From the sequence record MF476925.1: DNA of 58,387 nt; one strand, given 5' to 3'. This stretch comes from Klebsiella phage YMC16/01/N133_KPN_BP. Below the pieces are notes generated by a model. That model had not been told where the DNA came from. It made no database searches and saw nothing but the letters and a program-made list of their open reading frames with translations. Shown piece by piece: positions 19,622-30,258 of this stretch. Every line of letters begins with the position of its first letter. Position 1 is the first letter of the stretch. Position numbers and translations under genes: made by a program.

Positions 19622-20209
19622 ATGGCCTACGTCTTCGCGGTTGAAGGGCTTTCCTCACTGGAAAACATCGATAACCTTCCCGAAGAAATCCTCCTGAAAG
19701 CCCGGCAGGCGATTAACGCCGCTGCCGATCGCGCGCGCACGCAGGCTGCGAAAGACATCCGCAGCGAACTGAACTTCCCCGCGCGTTATCTTACTGACAG
19801 GCTAACCGTGCGCGAACGGGCCCGCGGGACGAACCTGCAGGCCGTCATCTCCGGGCGCGACCGCCCGACGTCACTGGCCCGGTTCGCCACCAGCACCAAC
19901 ATCCAGGCGTCCCGGAAGAAGGGATTTGTGCAGGTCAAAGTAGGCAAATCCACGAAACGCATCTCCGGAGGATTCCTGATTAAGTTGAGGAATGATAATA
20001 TCGGTCTGGCGATGCGCCTGAAGCCTGGCGAAACGGTCAAAGGGAAGCGCGCGGCAGCGAAACGCTTCTCCAGTAAAGACGCGGACCTGGTGCTGCTGTA
20101 CGGCCCCAGCATTGATCAGGCGTTTCAGACAGAGGTCGACAAGACTAAACTTACTGACGACACGGCGCGATTTCTTGAAAACGAATTTATTCGACTGATG
20201 GGGATTTGA
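19622..20209 (+). CDS. Tail completion protein (lambda Z position)
   Basis: 195 aa (lambda Z is 192 aa). Synteny. Confidence 0.4.
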   Translation: MAYVFAVEGLSSLENIDNLPEEILLKARQAINAAADRARTQAAKDIRSELNFPARYLTDRLTVRERARGTNLQAVISGRDRPTSLARFATSTNIQASRKKGFVQVKVGKSTKRISGGFLIKLRNDNIGLAMRLKPGETVKGKRAAAKRFSSKDADLVLLYGPSIDQAFQTEVDKTKLTDDTARFLENEFIRLMGI

Positions 20210-20703
20210 TGATGGCTGACCCGCTTCGCCTCCGTATCCTGAAGGCGCTCACTGCAGAATTCGAGCAGATGACAGACGCAAACGGCGAGAGCATGGCCGG
20301 AAAGGTTTTCCGTGGTCGTGACCACTTTGGTAATGATGACCCGCTGCCGATGATCTCTATCCTTGAAGGCGTGGATGAGAAGGCCATCGCTGGCACCAGT
20401 GCGGAGATGCCGCGCGGCCGCTCTGTCCAGCAGTCACAGTGGGAGCTGCTGGTGCAGGGTTTTGTGGAAGACGACCGCTATAACCCGACAGATCCCGGCT
20501 ACCGTCTGCTGGCAATCGTGAAGCAGAAGCTGGCGGAGATCCGGAATGTGAAAGATAATATTCTCGGCTTTGGTCCGAAGGTCACCGACCTGACGTTCAG
20601 CGCCGGAGTGGTTCGGCCGGCAGACGAAGTATCGGATAAAACCTACTTCTGGCTGAAGGTCCGAATGAACGTCGCGGAAGATCACAGCGACCCTTACGCT
20701 TGA
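20206..20703 (+). CDS. Tail terminator protein (lambda U position)
   Basis: 165 aa. Synteny. Confidence 0.4.
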   Translation: MMMADPLRLRILKALTAEFEQMTDANGESMAGKVFRGRDHFGNDDPLPMISILEGVDEKAIAGTSAEMPRGRSVQQSQWELLVQGFVEDDRYNPTDPGYRLLAIVKQKLAEIRNVKDNILGFGPKVTDLTFSAGVVRPADEVSDKTYFWLKVRMNVAEDHSDPYA

Positions 20704-20708
20704 CGTAA

Positions 20709-20736
20709 GATTCAACTATCTGTAGCCATTTCAACG
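20709..20736 (+). promoter_or_regulatory. Direct repeat ATTCAAC-N12-TTTCAAC (19-bp periodicity) upstream of the major tail gene
   Basis: TTCAAC at 20711 and 20730. ATG at 20750. Confidence 0.45.
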
Positions 20737-20749
20737 ATGAGGTGAAAGT

Positions 20750-21532
20750 ATGGCAAAGCAAAATAACTACACGCTGGGTCGCGGGAAGCTGTACTTTGCG
20801 CGATTTAAGCCGGGCACTACCACGCCTGGTGGCGAACGTTATCTGGGTAACTCCCCGGAAGTGAGCTTCAGCTCTGACAGCCAGCGGCTAGACCACTACA
20901 ACAGCGACTCCGGTGTGCGTAACAAAGACGCCTCCGTGCTGCTGCAGATGGACTATGCTGGTGGTTTCTCTCTGGATGATATCCAGTTCGAAAACCTGGC
21001 TATGCTGTTCCTGGGTAACAGCGGCGTCGAAACTGTAGCGGCCAAAACCGCGCAGACTGAGACGTTCACCAACGTAATGCCGAAGCTGACCTATCAGCTG
21101 GGTACTACTGCCTCCACGCCAACCGGTACGCGCAACGTTACTGTCGCCAGCGTGAAGGATTCGACCACCACCTCTACCACCTACGCGGCGGGTACCGACT
21201 ACGTTGTGGATGAAGCGACCGGTCGTATCACCATCCTGGAAGGGACCACCATTCCGGCGGATGGTGGCATCACGGTAGAGTGGGCGAGCGAAGCGTACAC
21301 TCAGGAATTCGCGGTTTCCGACGCAGACACCATCGAAGGTCAGCTGCGCTACGTCGCCGATAACCCGATGGGCGAGAACATCGACTACCTCCTGCCGTGG
21401 GTGCAGATCACCCCGGATGGCGATTACGCGCTGAAGGGCGATGACTGGCAGGTGATGAACTTCACCCTGGCTATCCTGAAGAAAGGCGACCTCAAAGCGG
21501 TATACGCTAACGGCCGTCCTTACGTATCATAA
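20750..21532 (+). CDS. Major tail tube protein (lambda V position)
   Basis: 260 aa. Immediately precedes the G/GT chaperone pair and the tape measure. Confidence 0.55.
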   Translation: MAKQNNYTLGRGKLYFARFKPGTTTPGGERYLGNSPEVSFSSDSQRLDHYNSDSGVRNKDASVLLQMDYAGGFSLDDIQFENLAMLFLGNSGVETVAAKTAQTETFTNVMPKLTYQLGTTASTPTGTRNVTVASVKDSTTTSTTYAAGTDYVVDEATGRITILEGTTIPADGGITVEWASEAYTQEFAVSDADTIEGQLRYVADNPMGENIDYLLPWVQITPDGDYALKGDDWQVMNFTLAILKKGDLKAVYANGRPYVS

Positions 21533-21544
21533 GGAAACACGACT

Positions 21545-22003
21545 ATGGCTTTGAAGGACATTCAGATCCCGAAAGCCGATGTCTCAGTTGGCGCGGGCGG
21601 CTCTTTTGCCGTCCGCGGCCTTTCCACTGCCGACATCGAGTATTGCGTTCGAACCTACGGCCCTGAGCTGCGTAAGCTGTGGGACGATTTTGTTAACGGC
21701 AAACGAAAGCCCGAAGAAGCGCTGACGGAAGCCGGTTTTACCAGCATCTTTTCACAAATTGTACGTGAAGCCCCGGCACTCGTGCAGGGCATCATCGGTC
21801 TGGCGGCCGACGCGGATGAAGCGGATATGGCCGTACTGGTCAAGCTACCGATCACCGTCCAGATCGACGCGATTACCAAAGTCGCGATGCAGACCCTCTC
21901 GGTTGAAGGTGAGCCGGGAAAAGCGATCGAAACCGTGCTGGCCGCGCTCGGCAGCCTAAACGCGTTCATGGGAAGCGCCAACGCGGAGCTGGCGAAGAGC
22001 TAA
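21545..22003 (+). CDS. Tail assembly chaperone G
   Basis: 152 aa. Carries the slippery heptamer G_GGA_AAA at 21916-21922 near its 3' end. Confidence 0.6.
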   Translation: MALKDIQIPKADVSVGAGGSFAVRGLSTADIEYCVRTYGPELRKLWDDFVNGKRKPEEALTEAGFTSIFSQIVREAPALVQGIIGLAADADEADMAVLVKLPITVQIDAITKVAMQTLSVEGEPGKAIETVLAALGSLNAFMGSANAELAKS

Positions 22004-22257
22004 CGCTCGACGCCTGGGTGTGGGGATTACGCCGGCAGGTCAGCCTGCTGATGGCTGCCGGCCATCCCGACGCCGCGTTTTATCCCGTGCACCGGGTGTG
22101 GGAGGAAGCCCGGTTGGTCGTCCAACGGGAGAACGGCCGAGAAGTCACCCACGCCCTGCTAATTCAGCTCGCGGTTTCGTCGGCGATGACTGGGAAAAAG
22201 AGCGCCCAGACAGCCTTCAAAGACATTATCGAGGAACTAACAGATGGCGAAGGGTGA
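21545..22257 (+). CDS. Tail assembly chaperone GT fusion made by programmed -1 frameshift at GGGAAAA (21916-21922)
   Basis: After a -1 slip the frame stays open to 22257 and overlaps the tape measure start at 22244. This is the conserved G/GT architecture. Confidence 0.55.
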
Positions 22258-25200
22258 AGTCGACCTCATTATCAAGGCGAAGAACGAAGCGTCGAAATCC
22301 CTGGACGCCATCACGGCTTCGCTGAAAAACCTTACCGACCAGCAGATCATCGCCGGCGACAGCGCCGACAAAGCCGACGGTAAGCTGGCCTCCCTTTCTC
22401 TGGAGCTGACGAAGCTCCGCACCAACGCACAGAACCTGCAGCAGCTGGCGAACATCGGCGCGGTCATCGATAAAGCGACGGCCGCGCTGGAGCGCCAGAA
22501 GGAAACCCTGCAGCAGGCGAACAGCGAGCAGCAGAAACTGGCTTCCCAGTCGGAGACGATGAAGTCCCGGCAGCAGGAGCTTTCTGCCTCCCTGAAGCTG
22601 GCTACCGCCGACCTTGAGAAGCAGAAGGCAGCGGTCACGTCAGCGCGCAGTTCCCTGTCGGAGCTGAACAAAGAGGCAACGACACTCACCAATGGTCAGC
22701 GCAACGCCCAGCGGTCTCTCGATGCCCTGACGAAGCTGATCGCGACGCAGGAGGCCGCTCTGGAGAAAGCGGCCGCCAAACACGCTCAGCTCGCCGCTGC
22801 AGTCGACGCAGCTGAGAAGCCGACCAAACGCCTTACGACGTCGCTGGAGGCCGCTGAGCGCGCGCTGGCGAAGCGTCAGGCCGCTCTCGACGCATCACGT
22901 CAGAAGGAAGCCGGGCTGCGCGATACCCTGACGCAGAACGCCACGGCGCAGGAGAAGAACGCAGCCGCGATTGCCGAGGCCACCAGCAAGCTGCAGAGCG
23001 AGCAGAAAGCCGCTGACGCAGCGAAGGCAGCGGTCAGCGCCCTGAACACCGAGTCCTCCAGCCTCTCGAAAAGCCAGCAGTCACTGTCCCGTGACATGGA
23101 GAAATCCGCGGCCACGACAGCCGAGCTGCAGAAAGGCCTGGACGCCTCGCAGGCGGAGTTCAGCCAGATTCAGGCAGTCGCCGACAAGGCCCGTGCGAAG
23201 GTAGGCCAGGCTTCCGCCTCGATGACCGACGTCGGCCAGAGCGCTGTGCAGGCCGCGGCCCAGCTGGCGACTTTTGCCGCGCGCATGAAGGTGCTGCAGG
23301 CAGGCAGCGGCACGTCATCCCTGAAGACAACGCTGTTTGACCCGGCGGCAGTGACTGACGCGCTGTCGGCGTTGAGCAAAGCACAGGCCGTCGTTCAGGC
23401 TACCGAGCGTGACTACTCCCGCGCGGCCGTGTCTGCCGACGACCTGAAGAACGCGACGATCGCCGCCGGTAAGGCCGGCCAAACGCTCAGCACGGTCACC
23501 ACCGCCGTCACGCAGCAGAAAGCCGCTGTCGACGGTGCAGAGGCGTCGTGGAAAGCCGCAGAGGCGGAAGTCAAGCGGCTCGCCATCGCCATGCGAGAAG
23601 CCGGTCAGCCGTCGGAACAGCTGGCAGCTGCCCTCGGTCAGGCGCAGGGCCAGGCGAAGCTCGCGAAAAACGAATTCCTGAATCAGAAAAACGTCGGCGA
23701 CCAGCTGGCAAAAGCGCTGCAGCAGGCTGGCGTAGGGGCGGGCACGCTGTCGTCCGCAGAGGCGTCGTTGGCCGGATCTACCCGCGCAGCCACCTCCACG
23801 ATGAACCAGGCCACGCAGGCCAGCAATGCCCTCGCCAGCGCGCAGAACAACGCCCAGCAGTCGGGGTCCCGTCTGCAGAGCTTCTTCGCCAGCCTGGTAT
23901 CCGGTGGCAACCGCGTTGCGACAGCAGCAGGTCAGGCAGCGGGTGGCCTCGCCAAGATCCGCTCTGGCGCCGTTTCGGCGTCTGGCCCGGTAGGCAGTCT
24001 GACCGGGGAACTCCGTGGGCTGGTGGCCCAGGTGGCCGGCCTCTACGCGATCAAGGAAGGCATTACCGGCATCATCCAGACGTCCAACCAGTTCGACGCA
24101 CTGAGCGCGAAGCTGGGGGTGGCGTTCGCCGGCGACGTGACGAAGGCTAACCAGGCGCTGGATTACTCACTGGCCGTTGCCCGGAACCTGAAACTGCCGC
24201 TGCTGGAGACGGCGAACAGCTACTCTCAGCTGGCATCCGCCGCGCGCGGCACCTCGCTGGAAGGCGACGGGGTCAACAAGATCTTCACCGCCTTCGCGCA
24301 GGCAGCGCGTGTCACCCGGACGTCCACCGCCGACCTTGACGGTATCTTCCGCGCGCTGACGCAGTCCATCTCGAAAGGCAAGGTGCAGGCGGAAGAGCTG
24401 CGCGGCCAGCTCGGTGACCGTTTGCCGGGTGCCATCCAGCTGATGGCTTCTGCTCTGGGCGTAGGTACCAAAGACCTGGAGAAGATGCTGGAGAAAGGGC
24501 AGCTGACCACCGACACGCTGGTGCGCATGGCTGCCGAAGTATCCAGCCGTGTGGCGCCGGAGCTGGAGAAAGCCCTTAATAGCCCGCAGGCCAAACTGCA
24601 GGCATTCCAGAACTCGTGGACCGAGCTGCAGCTAAAACTGGCACAGTCCGGTTTCCTGGATGCGATCGCCAACGCTGCCGAGCGGTTCGGCGACGCGCTG
24701 TCCCGTCCTGACGTTATTCAGTCCGTGACCGAACTAGGCCAGGGTCTGGCGAACCTCGTCAACTATTTCGCCCAGCTGGAAGACCCGGTCGGCAAGGTCA
24801 CCACCCTGTTTGAGGTGCTGGTCGGCCTGCAGCTGGCGTCTTGGATCGGCGGCATCATTACCGGCCTCGTGTCGATGGTCTCTGGGCTGTACGCGCTGGC
24901 GACGGCAGCGGCCGCTGCGGATATCGCGCTAGCGCCGATCCTCATCACTGTGGGCGCGCTGGCGGCGTTGTTCGCGCTGCCGTGGCTCGCGACCTGGGCA
25001 TACGACAACTTCCCGGTCTTCGCGGAGCTGGTGCTCAAGTCGAAGGGCGCGGCCCTGCAGGCGTGGTCCGGTATCGTTGAGGGCTGGAACGTCGCCGGCG
25101 CGCTGCTGGTGAACTCGTTCGAACAGGTCATCAACAACATCATGGCGATGTGGCGCAGCATGATGAGCTGGATTGCGACCACCTCCAGTGATCTGCTGAG

Positions 25201-26716
25201 CAAAGTCGGCCTCGGTGGGCTGGTGGAAGGATGGGCGGCCGAAGCACAGAAAGCCTCGGAAGAAGCAGGTAAGAAAGCCGCGGACTCCCAGAAGGCCCAT
25301 GAGCAGGAAATTACCAGCATCCACGCCAAAGCAGCGAAGGACCGCGCGGATATCGATGCGGATATCGCCCGGCAGGTGCAGGACAAACTGACGGAGATTA
25401 GCCGCCGCGGGGAGAAGGACCGGGCGAAGGGCGCCGTTGTTCCTACAGTGCCCGGTGTCAACGCTGGCGCCGGCCTCGGCACGGTAACGCCGCCGTCCGG
25501 CACCTTTAAACCAGATACCTCTGATGCGGATGCCAAAGCTGCAGAGCGCGCGGCGAAGAAGCGTGCACAGCTGGAGCAGAGCGTCGCTGACCAGATCAGC
25601 TCTATCCGGGCGCGTCTGGACCAGAACCGTGCGAACGACCTGGACACCCAGCTGAAGGGCGTCGAAGAAAAGTACAAGGGCCTTTATGACGATCTGCGGA
25701 AACTCGGTCTCAGCGAGACCAGTGAGCAGTGGAAACAGGTCGACGCGCTGAAGGCTCAGGAGATGCAGCTCGTCCGTAATAAAGCGGCGAAGGCAGAACA
25801 GCAGGCCCAAGATAAGAAAACTCGTGAAGACATGCAGAACATCAATGACCTGATGTCTCTGCGTCGAGAGCTGCTGGAACAGATTAAATACGCGGAGGAC
25901 CACGGGGACCCTCAAACAGCTAACAAGTTGAAGGAGCAGTTCAATAACGTCAACGGCCTGATCTCCGCAGCCGCGGATAACATGATTAAGTTCTGGGAGG
26001 CCGCAGGAGGTCCGAAAGCTGATCTTGCTATTGCTAAGCTCAAGGCTCTTAAAGACGGGCTTAAAAATATTGATGATGGCGCTATTCTCACAGCTGACAA
26101 TATTAACAAGACGTTGCTTTCGACTGCGACCAGTGCTGGCGATAGTTTTATTGATAAAATCGCCGAAACTGGGGACGTCTTTGGGTCCCTGAAAGAATCG
26201 TTTCTTGACTTCGTAAGCTCCTTCTTGACGGGCATCGCGAAGATGATCATGCAGCAAATCATCTTCAATGCCCTGTCATCTGCCGGTTCAGCTGGCGGCG
26301 GCGGGGGCCTCGGAGGGATTATTATGAGCGGTATATCAGCGATGACCGGCTCGGCTCACACCGGGGGTATTGCCGGATCGCCGACACTGAACAAGCGCTC
26401 CGTGAACCCGGGCGTCTTCGCCAACGCTGTCCGGTATCACACAGGCGGCGTTGTCGGCCTGCAGCCGTGGGAAGTGCCGATTATCGCGAAGAAGAACGAA
26501 GAGGTGCTGACGGAGGATGACCCGCGGCACATTAACAACGTCGGCAGTTCAACAGAAAGTGGAAACGGCAACTCCGGTATGTCAAACTTGCAAATCATCA
26601 ATGCCATCGATTCCGAGTCGGTGGTGCAAGCGGGGCTTTCGTCGCCGGCCGGAGTTAAGACAGTCATCAACCTGGTCAAAGCGAACAAGCAGACGTTTAA
26701 ATCGATACTGGCTTAA
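22244..26716 (+). CDS. Tail tape measure protein
   Basis: 1490 aa. Long Ala/Gln/Lys-rich coiled-coil N-terminal half, internal TM-like segment, position after G/GT. Confidence 0.85.
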   Translation: MAKGEVDLIIKAKNEASKSLDAITASLKNLTDQQIIAGDSADKADGKLASLSLELTKLRTNAQNLQQLANIGAVIDKATAALERQKETLQQANSEQQKLASQSETMKSRQQELSASLKLATADLEKQKAAVTSARSSLSELNKEATTLTNGQRNAQRSLDALTKLIATQEAALEKAAAKHAQLAAAVDAAEKPTKRLTTSLEAAERALAKRQAALDASRQKEAGLRDTLTQNATAQEKNAAAIAEATSKLQSEQKAADAAKAAVSALNTESSSLSKSQQSLSRDMEKSAATTAELQKGLDASQAEFSQIQAVADKARAKVGQASASMTDVGQSAVQAAAQLATFAARMKVLQAGSGTSSLKTTLFDPAAVTDALSALSKAQAVVQATERDYSRAAVSADDLKNATIAAGKAGQTLSTVTTAVTQQKAAVDGAEASWKAAEAEVKRLAIAMREAGQPSEQLAAALGQAQGQAKLAKNEFLNQKNVGDQLAKALQQAGVGAGTLSSAEASLAGSTRAATSTMNQATQASNALASAQNNAQQSGSRLQSFFASLVSGGNRVATAAGQAAGGLAKIRSGAVSASGPVGSLTGELRGLVAQVAGLYAIKEGITGIIQTSNQFDALSAKLGVAFAGDVTKANQALDYSLAVARNLKLPLLETANSYSQLASAARGTSLEGDGVNKIFTAFAQAARVTRTSTADLDGIFRALTQSISKGKVQAEELRGQLGDRLPGAIQLMASALGVGTKDLEKMLEKGQLTTDTLVRMAAEVSSRVAPELEKALNSPQAKLQAFQNSWTELQLKLAQSGFLDAIANAAERFGDALSRPDVIQSVTELGQGLANLVNYFAQLEDPVGKVTTLFEVLVGLQLASWIGGIITGLVSMVSGLYALATAAAAADIALAPILITVGALAALFALPWLATWAYDNFPVFAELVLKSKGAALQAWSGIVEGWNVAGALLVNSFEQVINNIMAMWRSMMSWIATTSSDLLSKVGLGGLVEGWAAEAQKASEEAGKKAADSQKAHEQEITSIHAKAAKDRADIDADIARQVQDKLTEISRRGEKDRAKGAVVPTVPGVNAGAGLGTVTPPSGTFKPDTSDADAKAAERAAKKRAQLEQSVADQISSIRARLDQNRANDLDTQLKGVEEKYKGLYDDLRKLGLSETSEQWKQVDALKAQEMQLVRNKAAKAEQQAQDKKTREDMQNINDLMSLRRELLEQIKYAEDHGDPQTANKLKEQFNNVNGLISAAADNMIKFWEAAGGPKADLAIAKLKALKDGLKNIDDGAILTADNINKTLLSTATSAGDSFIDKIAETGDVFGSLKESFLDFVSSFLTGIAKMIMQQIIFNALSSAGSAGGGGGLGGIIMSGISAMTGSAHTGGIAGSPTLNKRSVNPGVFANAVRYHTGGVVGLQPWEVPIIAKKNEEVLTEDDPRHINNVGSSTESGNGNSGMSNLQIINAIDSESVVQAGLSSPAGVKTVINLVKANKQTFKSILA

Positions 26717-26728
26717 CGGCGGACCGGA

Positions 26729-29700
26729 ATGGCTGACAATGAAATCTTGATGAACCCCGAAGGGCTGGTGGTCAACGCTTACCGCGATGCCCCCGGCCGC
26801 GGGGATTACTTTAACGGGTCTTCCGGTACCTCGGAAGGCCAGTTCCTTTTCATTATCGGGATGCTGGATGCTTACGTCGCCACGGGCGATGAGCGGGCAC
26901 TGGCAATGGCTGAGAGGGCGCTGAACGCCACGCTTTACACTCTCTACCGCAACTCGCCTATCCCGGCGCAGGTCACCGAGCAGAAGATCTTCGCGCCTCA
27001 CTGGCTGTTCGCGGTCAAGTACCCTTTCAAATCGAGCCTGATCAACTACGACCTGGTGGTGAACTTCACCAACGGCGTCGGGGTAATCCCGAACAACGAC
27101 GTCCGCTACGTCTGGTATGCGCGGTCTCTCGACTCCACGCTGCTGTGGACCAACCCGTATTCCCCGCTGACCTCCGGCACGCGCTACGAGGTTGCGAGCT
27201 ATACGCCTGTGGCTGGCGGAATGCAGGTCACCCTGCAGACGGCGTACAACGGCCAGCTCCGCGTGGTCCACTCTGAACAGAACGGCCCGGTCATCGAGGT
27301 CAATGAGCCCTACGAGGCATGGCCGGACTGGCGTAAGCTGGACTCCACTGAGATCGAGGCAGCGTGCGACGTCTTCATCTGGGCGTACCGCGCCTTCCAG
27401 AAAGGCTACGAGGTCACCGGCAACCAGACGTGGGCTGACGCAGCACGCGCCACCCGCGAGCAGGCTGCTATCGCTATCGACCTGAACGACGGCCGGGACT
27501 GGCTGAAACCGACGTGGACGGATAGCCCGTTCGCCGACGGCAAGTGCTTCAGCTATGTCGACCGGTCACCGCCTCCGGGCTTTGGCGTCGATAGTTATGG
27601 CCGGGTGCAGATCGACATCCCTCAGTATCTGTCTGGCTCGGGCGAGGTGCAGTATGGCCGCGCCTCGATCGGCGATACCTATGCCGACGGCGACACGACC
27701 ACCATCACGCTGGGGTCGAACAAGCCTGTCACGGTGACGATCTACATCGACCAGTACCAGGCTTACGCGGACGCGAATCGCTATTCCGCGCAGGTCGCGC
27801 TGGCGGGTACCGGCGACCAGACGGTGACCCTGAACCGTGCGAGCTTTAAGAACAACGTCGGGGCTACGCTGCCGGCGGACTCCCCCGTTTACACGGTTGG
27901 CGTTTCATCCAACAACCATGACCCGCACACTCTGTGGATCACGCGCATCCGCCAGAGTCCGCCGCGCGACATTGCCTATTACCCCGGGGCTATCCCGTTC
28001 ACGGCTAACTTTGCCGGCAACCCGCCGATGCTCATCGACTGGCGCGGCCCGATTTACGCGGGCTACCAGGCGCCGCAGATGTGGACCATCGTCGGCAACC
28101 CGGGCGCCGCGCTGACGTGCGTCTACCTGCTGACGGATGCCCAGAACGCGTGGGTGGCGCAGACTGGTAAAATGCGCGGCCCGTTCGCCCCGGTTTACTA
28201 CTTCGACCGCGATGATGCCATCCAGTACGGCACGCCAGGCACCTTTGGCTGGAATGGCCCGGATCCCAACACGAAGTGGGGCGGGTACCAGTACCGCCCG
28301 CTGGCGGAGGTAGCCGAGTCCTTCTACGGCGCGACGCTGGGGACAACGTATTCCAACGCCTGCCTGAACCTGGTTACCGACTTCCTGCAGTATTTGAGCG
28401 CAGATAAGAACTGGATACCGTATTCCCCGCCAATGATGGCCGGGTTGGCCTCGACCGTCCGCAAATCCGCGCTGCTGATGTACGACACTGATGAGCAAGC
28501 GGCTGCTGATATCGACGCGCTGCCGTATCGCCAGGACGGGCCGCCGACGGACTACCCACAGACCGGGTCAGAGGTCAATTACAACGAGCCGCATATGGTG
28601 GCGTTGATCCTGCGCGCCTTCATCTTCCGGGATACCAAACTGCGGCCGACAGGCGGCAGCTGGGACTCCTGGGAGCACGACCTGTTTACGAAGTGCTACG
28701 GCCTGCTGAAGACCATGTACGTCGAGACGGGCGTGATGGCCGGCACGTTCTCCAACGACCCGGATAACCACGAATGGTATGGCTTCTGGCACGGCGAGAT
28801 CCTGTCAACCCTGACGCAGCTGCTGACCTGGTCCCAGAAGACGGGGACTCAGTACGCGAATGTCGAAGCGGATGCGCGCAAGTGGCTAAAGGGGATGACG
28901 GTCTGGGCGGAGGCTAACTCCCCGACCGGTGACTCCCCGTGGGGCGCTGCCATGTGGCCGTTCAGCCCTGACTGGGCGAATGGGGTCAACGAGGCTTTCG
29001 AGTTCTCGACCAATATCATCACCTCGTTTGACGGCAGCGAGCAGCGTATCGCCCGCCGGCCCAAGCACCGCCGAAGCCTGACCTTGCGTCATACCCTGAC
29101 GACGGGCGACCAGTCGGCGTTCTATGGCGCTATCCTGCGCGCCCGGCAGAACCGTCCGATGCTGGTGCCCCAGTGGCACATGGCTAGAAAGCTGGCAGCT
29201 GCCGCGTCCATCGGCCAGGAGTATCTCGACCTGAGCAGCGCGCCGCCGGACGACTGGGAATCCGGTACCGCCCTCGTGCTGGCGCAGGGGCCGACGACTC
29301 GCGAGATCAACTACGTTACTACGGTGGAAGGCAACCGGGTAAACCTGCGCCAGCCGCTGTCGATCAATCTCAGCACCCAGGCTCTGGCGATGGCCGCGTA
29401 TATGGGCCTCCTGAACAAAGAACTGTCGTCATCGAAGCCGACGACGGCGTATCTGGTGGCGGAGACCAACTTCCTCATGCTGCCACAGGAAGACGGCCGG
29501 AAGGTCCCGGCCCGCGGTTACCCCGGGATCTTCGAATACGGCATCGCCATGAACACGCTGGCAGCGCTGTACGTTCGCCGCGCTGCGGCGCTCGATGTCC
29601 GTATGCCGCTGGAGTGGCCGGAGCGTAACGTCTTCTCGACGCCGGTGCCTGAGTTTACGACTGACGGCGATACCCGTGAGGTGGTGACCCGGAAGCCGAA

Positions 29701-30256
29701 CTGGATCAGCGACGTCTCAGTGGTCGACTCCTGGGTCTATGAGGTGGTGGACTATTTCAACGGTCCGGTGACTCCAGCTGTGGGCGAGAACATTGGCCGG
29801 CGCACAATGCAGGCACGCTGGACATTGATGAATGACGTCGACTGCATCGACTTCCTGACGATGCTGGGGCGTCTGAAGGGCACCCGGAAAGCCTGCTGGT
29901 TGCCGTCCTGGAGCCGTGACTTCGAGCTGACCCGGGACCCGGTGGTCGCTAGTCAGCTGTACGTCCGGAGCAACGGCATTATCAGCGAGGGTATTCTGAA
30001 TGACGCCGCGATCGGCATCTGCGTCATCACGAAGGGCGGCGGCTTCCTGTGCGCCCGGGTGAACAGCTTTACCACCGGCACTACTGAGTCCGTGCTGACG
30101 CTCGATCGCAACCTCGACTTCCTGCCTAAGCGCAGCGAGGTCGCCCGCGTATGCCTGCTCTACCGCGTGCGCCAGGCGTCCGACAAATCCGACATCACCT
30201 GGCTCGCCCCCGATAAGGCTGAGGTGCAGGTGTCGTTTATTACGGTTCAGGAGTAA
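26729..30256 (+). CDS. Large tail tip protein (position of lambda M); N-terminal region resembles an (alpha/alpha)-barrel glycoside hydrolase
   Basis: 1175 aa directly after the tape measure. N-terminal GSSGTSEGQFLFIIGMLDAYVATGDERAL pattern. Fold assignment is tentative. Confidence 0.4.
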   Translation: MADNEILMNPEGLVVNAYRDAPGRGDYFNGSSGTSEGQFLFIIGMLDAYVATGDERALAMAERALNATLYTLYRNSPIPAQVTEQKIFAPHWLFAVKYPFKSSLINYDLVVNFTNGVGVIPNNDVRYVWYARSLDSTLLWTNPYSPLTSGTRYEVASYTPVAGGMQVTLQTAYNGQLRVVHSEQNGPVIEVNEPYEAWPDWRKLDSTEIEAACDVFIWAYRAFQKGYEVTGNQTWADAARATREQAAIAIDLNDGRDWLKPTWTDSPFADGKCFSYVDRSPPPGFGVDSYGRVQIDIPQYLSGSGEVQYGRASIGDTYADGDTTTITLGSNKPVTVTIYIDQYQAYADANRYSAQVALAGTGDQTVTLNRASFKNNVGATLPADSPVYTVGVSSNNHDPHTLWITRIRQSPPRDIAYYPGAIPFTANFAGNPPMLIDWRGPIYAGYQAPQMWTIVGNPGAALTCVYLLTDAQNAWVAQTGKMRGPFAPVYYFDRDDAIQYGTPGTFGWNGPDPNTKWGGYQYRPLAEVAESFYGATLGTTYSNACLNLVTDFLQYLSADKNWIPYSPPMMAGLASTVRKSALLMYDTDEQAAADIDALPYRQDGPPTDYPQTGSEVNYNEPHMVALILRAFIFRDTKLRPTGGSWDSWEHDLFTKCYGLLKTMYVETGVMAGTFSNDPDNHEWYGFWHGEILSTLTQLLTWSQKTGTQYANVEADARKWLKGMTVWAEANSPTGDSPWGAAMWPFSPDWANGVNEAFEFSTNIITSFDGSEQRIARRPKHRRSLTLRHTLTTGDQSAFYGAILRARQNRPMLVPQWHMARKLAAAASIGQEYLDLSSAPPDDWESGTALVLAQGPTTREINYVTTVEGNRVNLRQPLSINLSTQALAMAAYMGLLNKELSSSKPTTAYLVAETNFLMLPQEDGRKVPARGYPGIFEYGIAMNTLAALYVRRAAALDVRMPLEWPERNVFSTPVPEFTTDGDTREVVTRKPNWISDVSVVDSWVYEVVDYFNGPVTPAVGENIGRRTMQARWTLMNDVDCIDFLTMLGRLKGTRKACWLPSWSRDFELTRDPVVASQLYVRSNGIISEGILNDAAIGICVITKGGGFLCARVNSFTTGTTESVLTLDRNLDFLPKRSEVARVCLLYRVRQASDKSDITWLAPDKAEVQVSFITVQE

Positions 30257-30258
30257 TT

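Noticed and set aside
22900-26257. Minus-strand ORFs inside the tape measure gene (e.g. 24929..26257, 24763..25677)
   Set aside because: Antisense of a repetitive Ala/Gln-rich coiled-coil gene. Such shadows are expected at this GC content.
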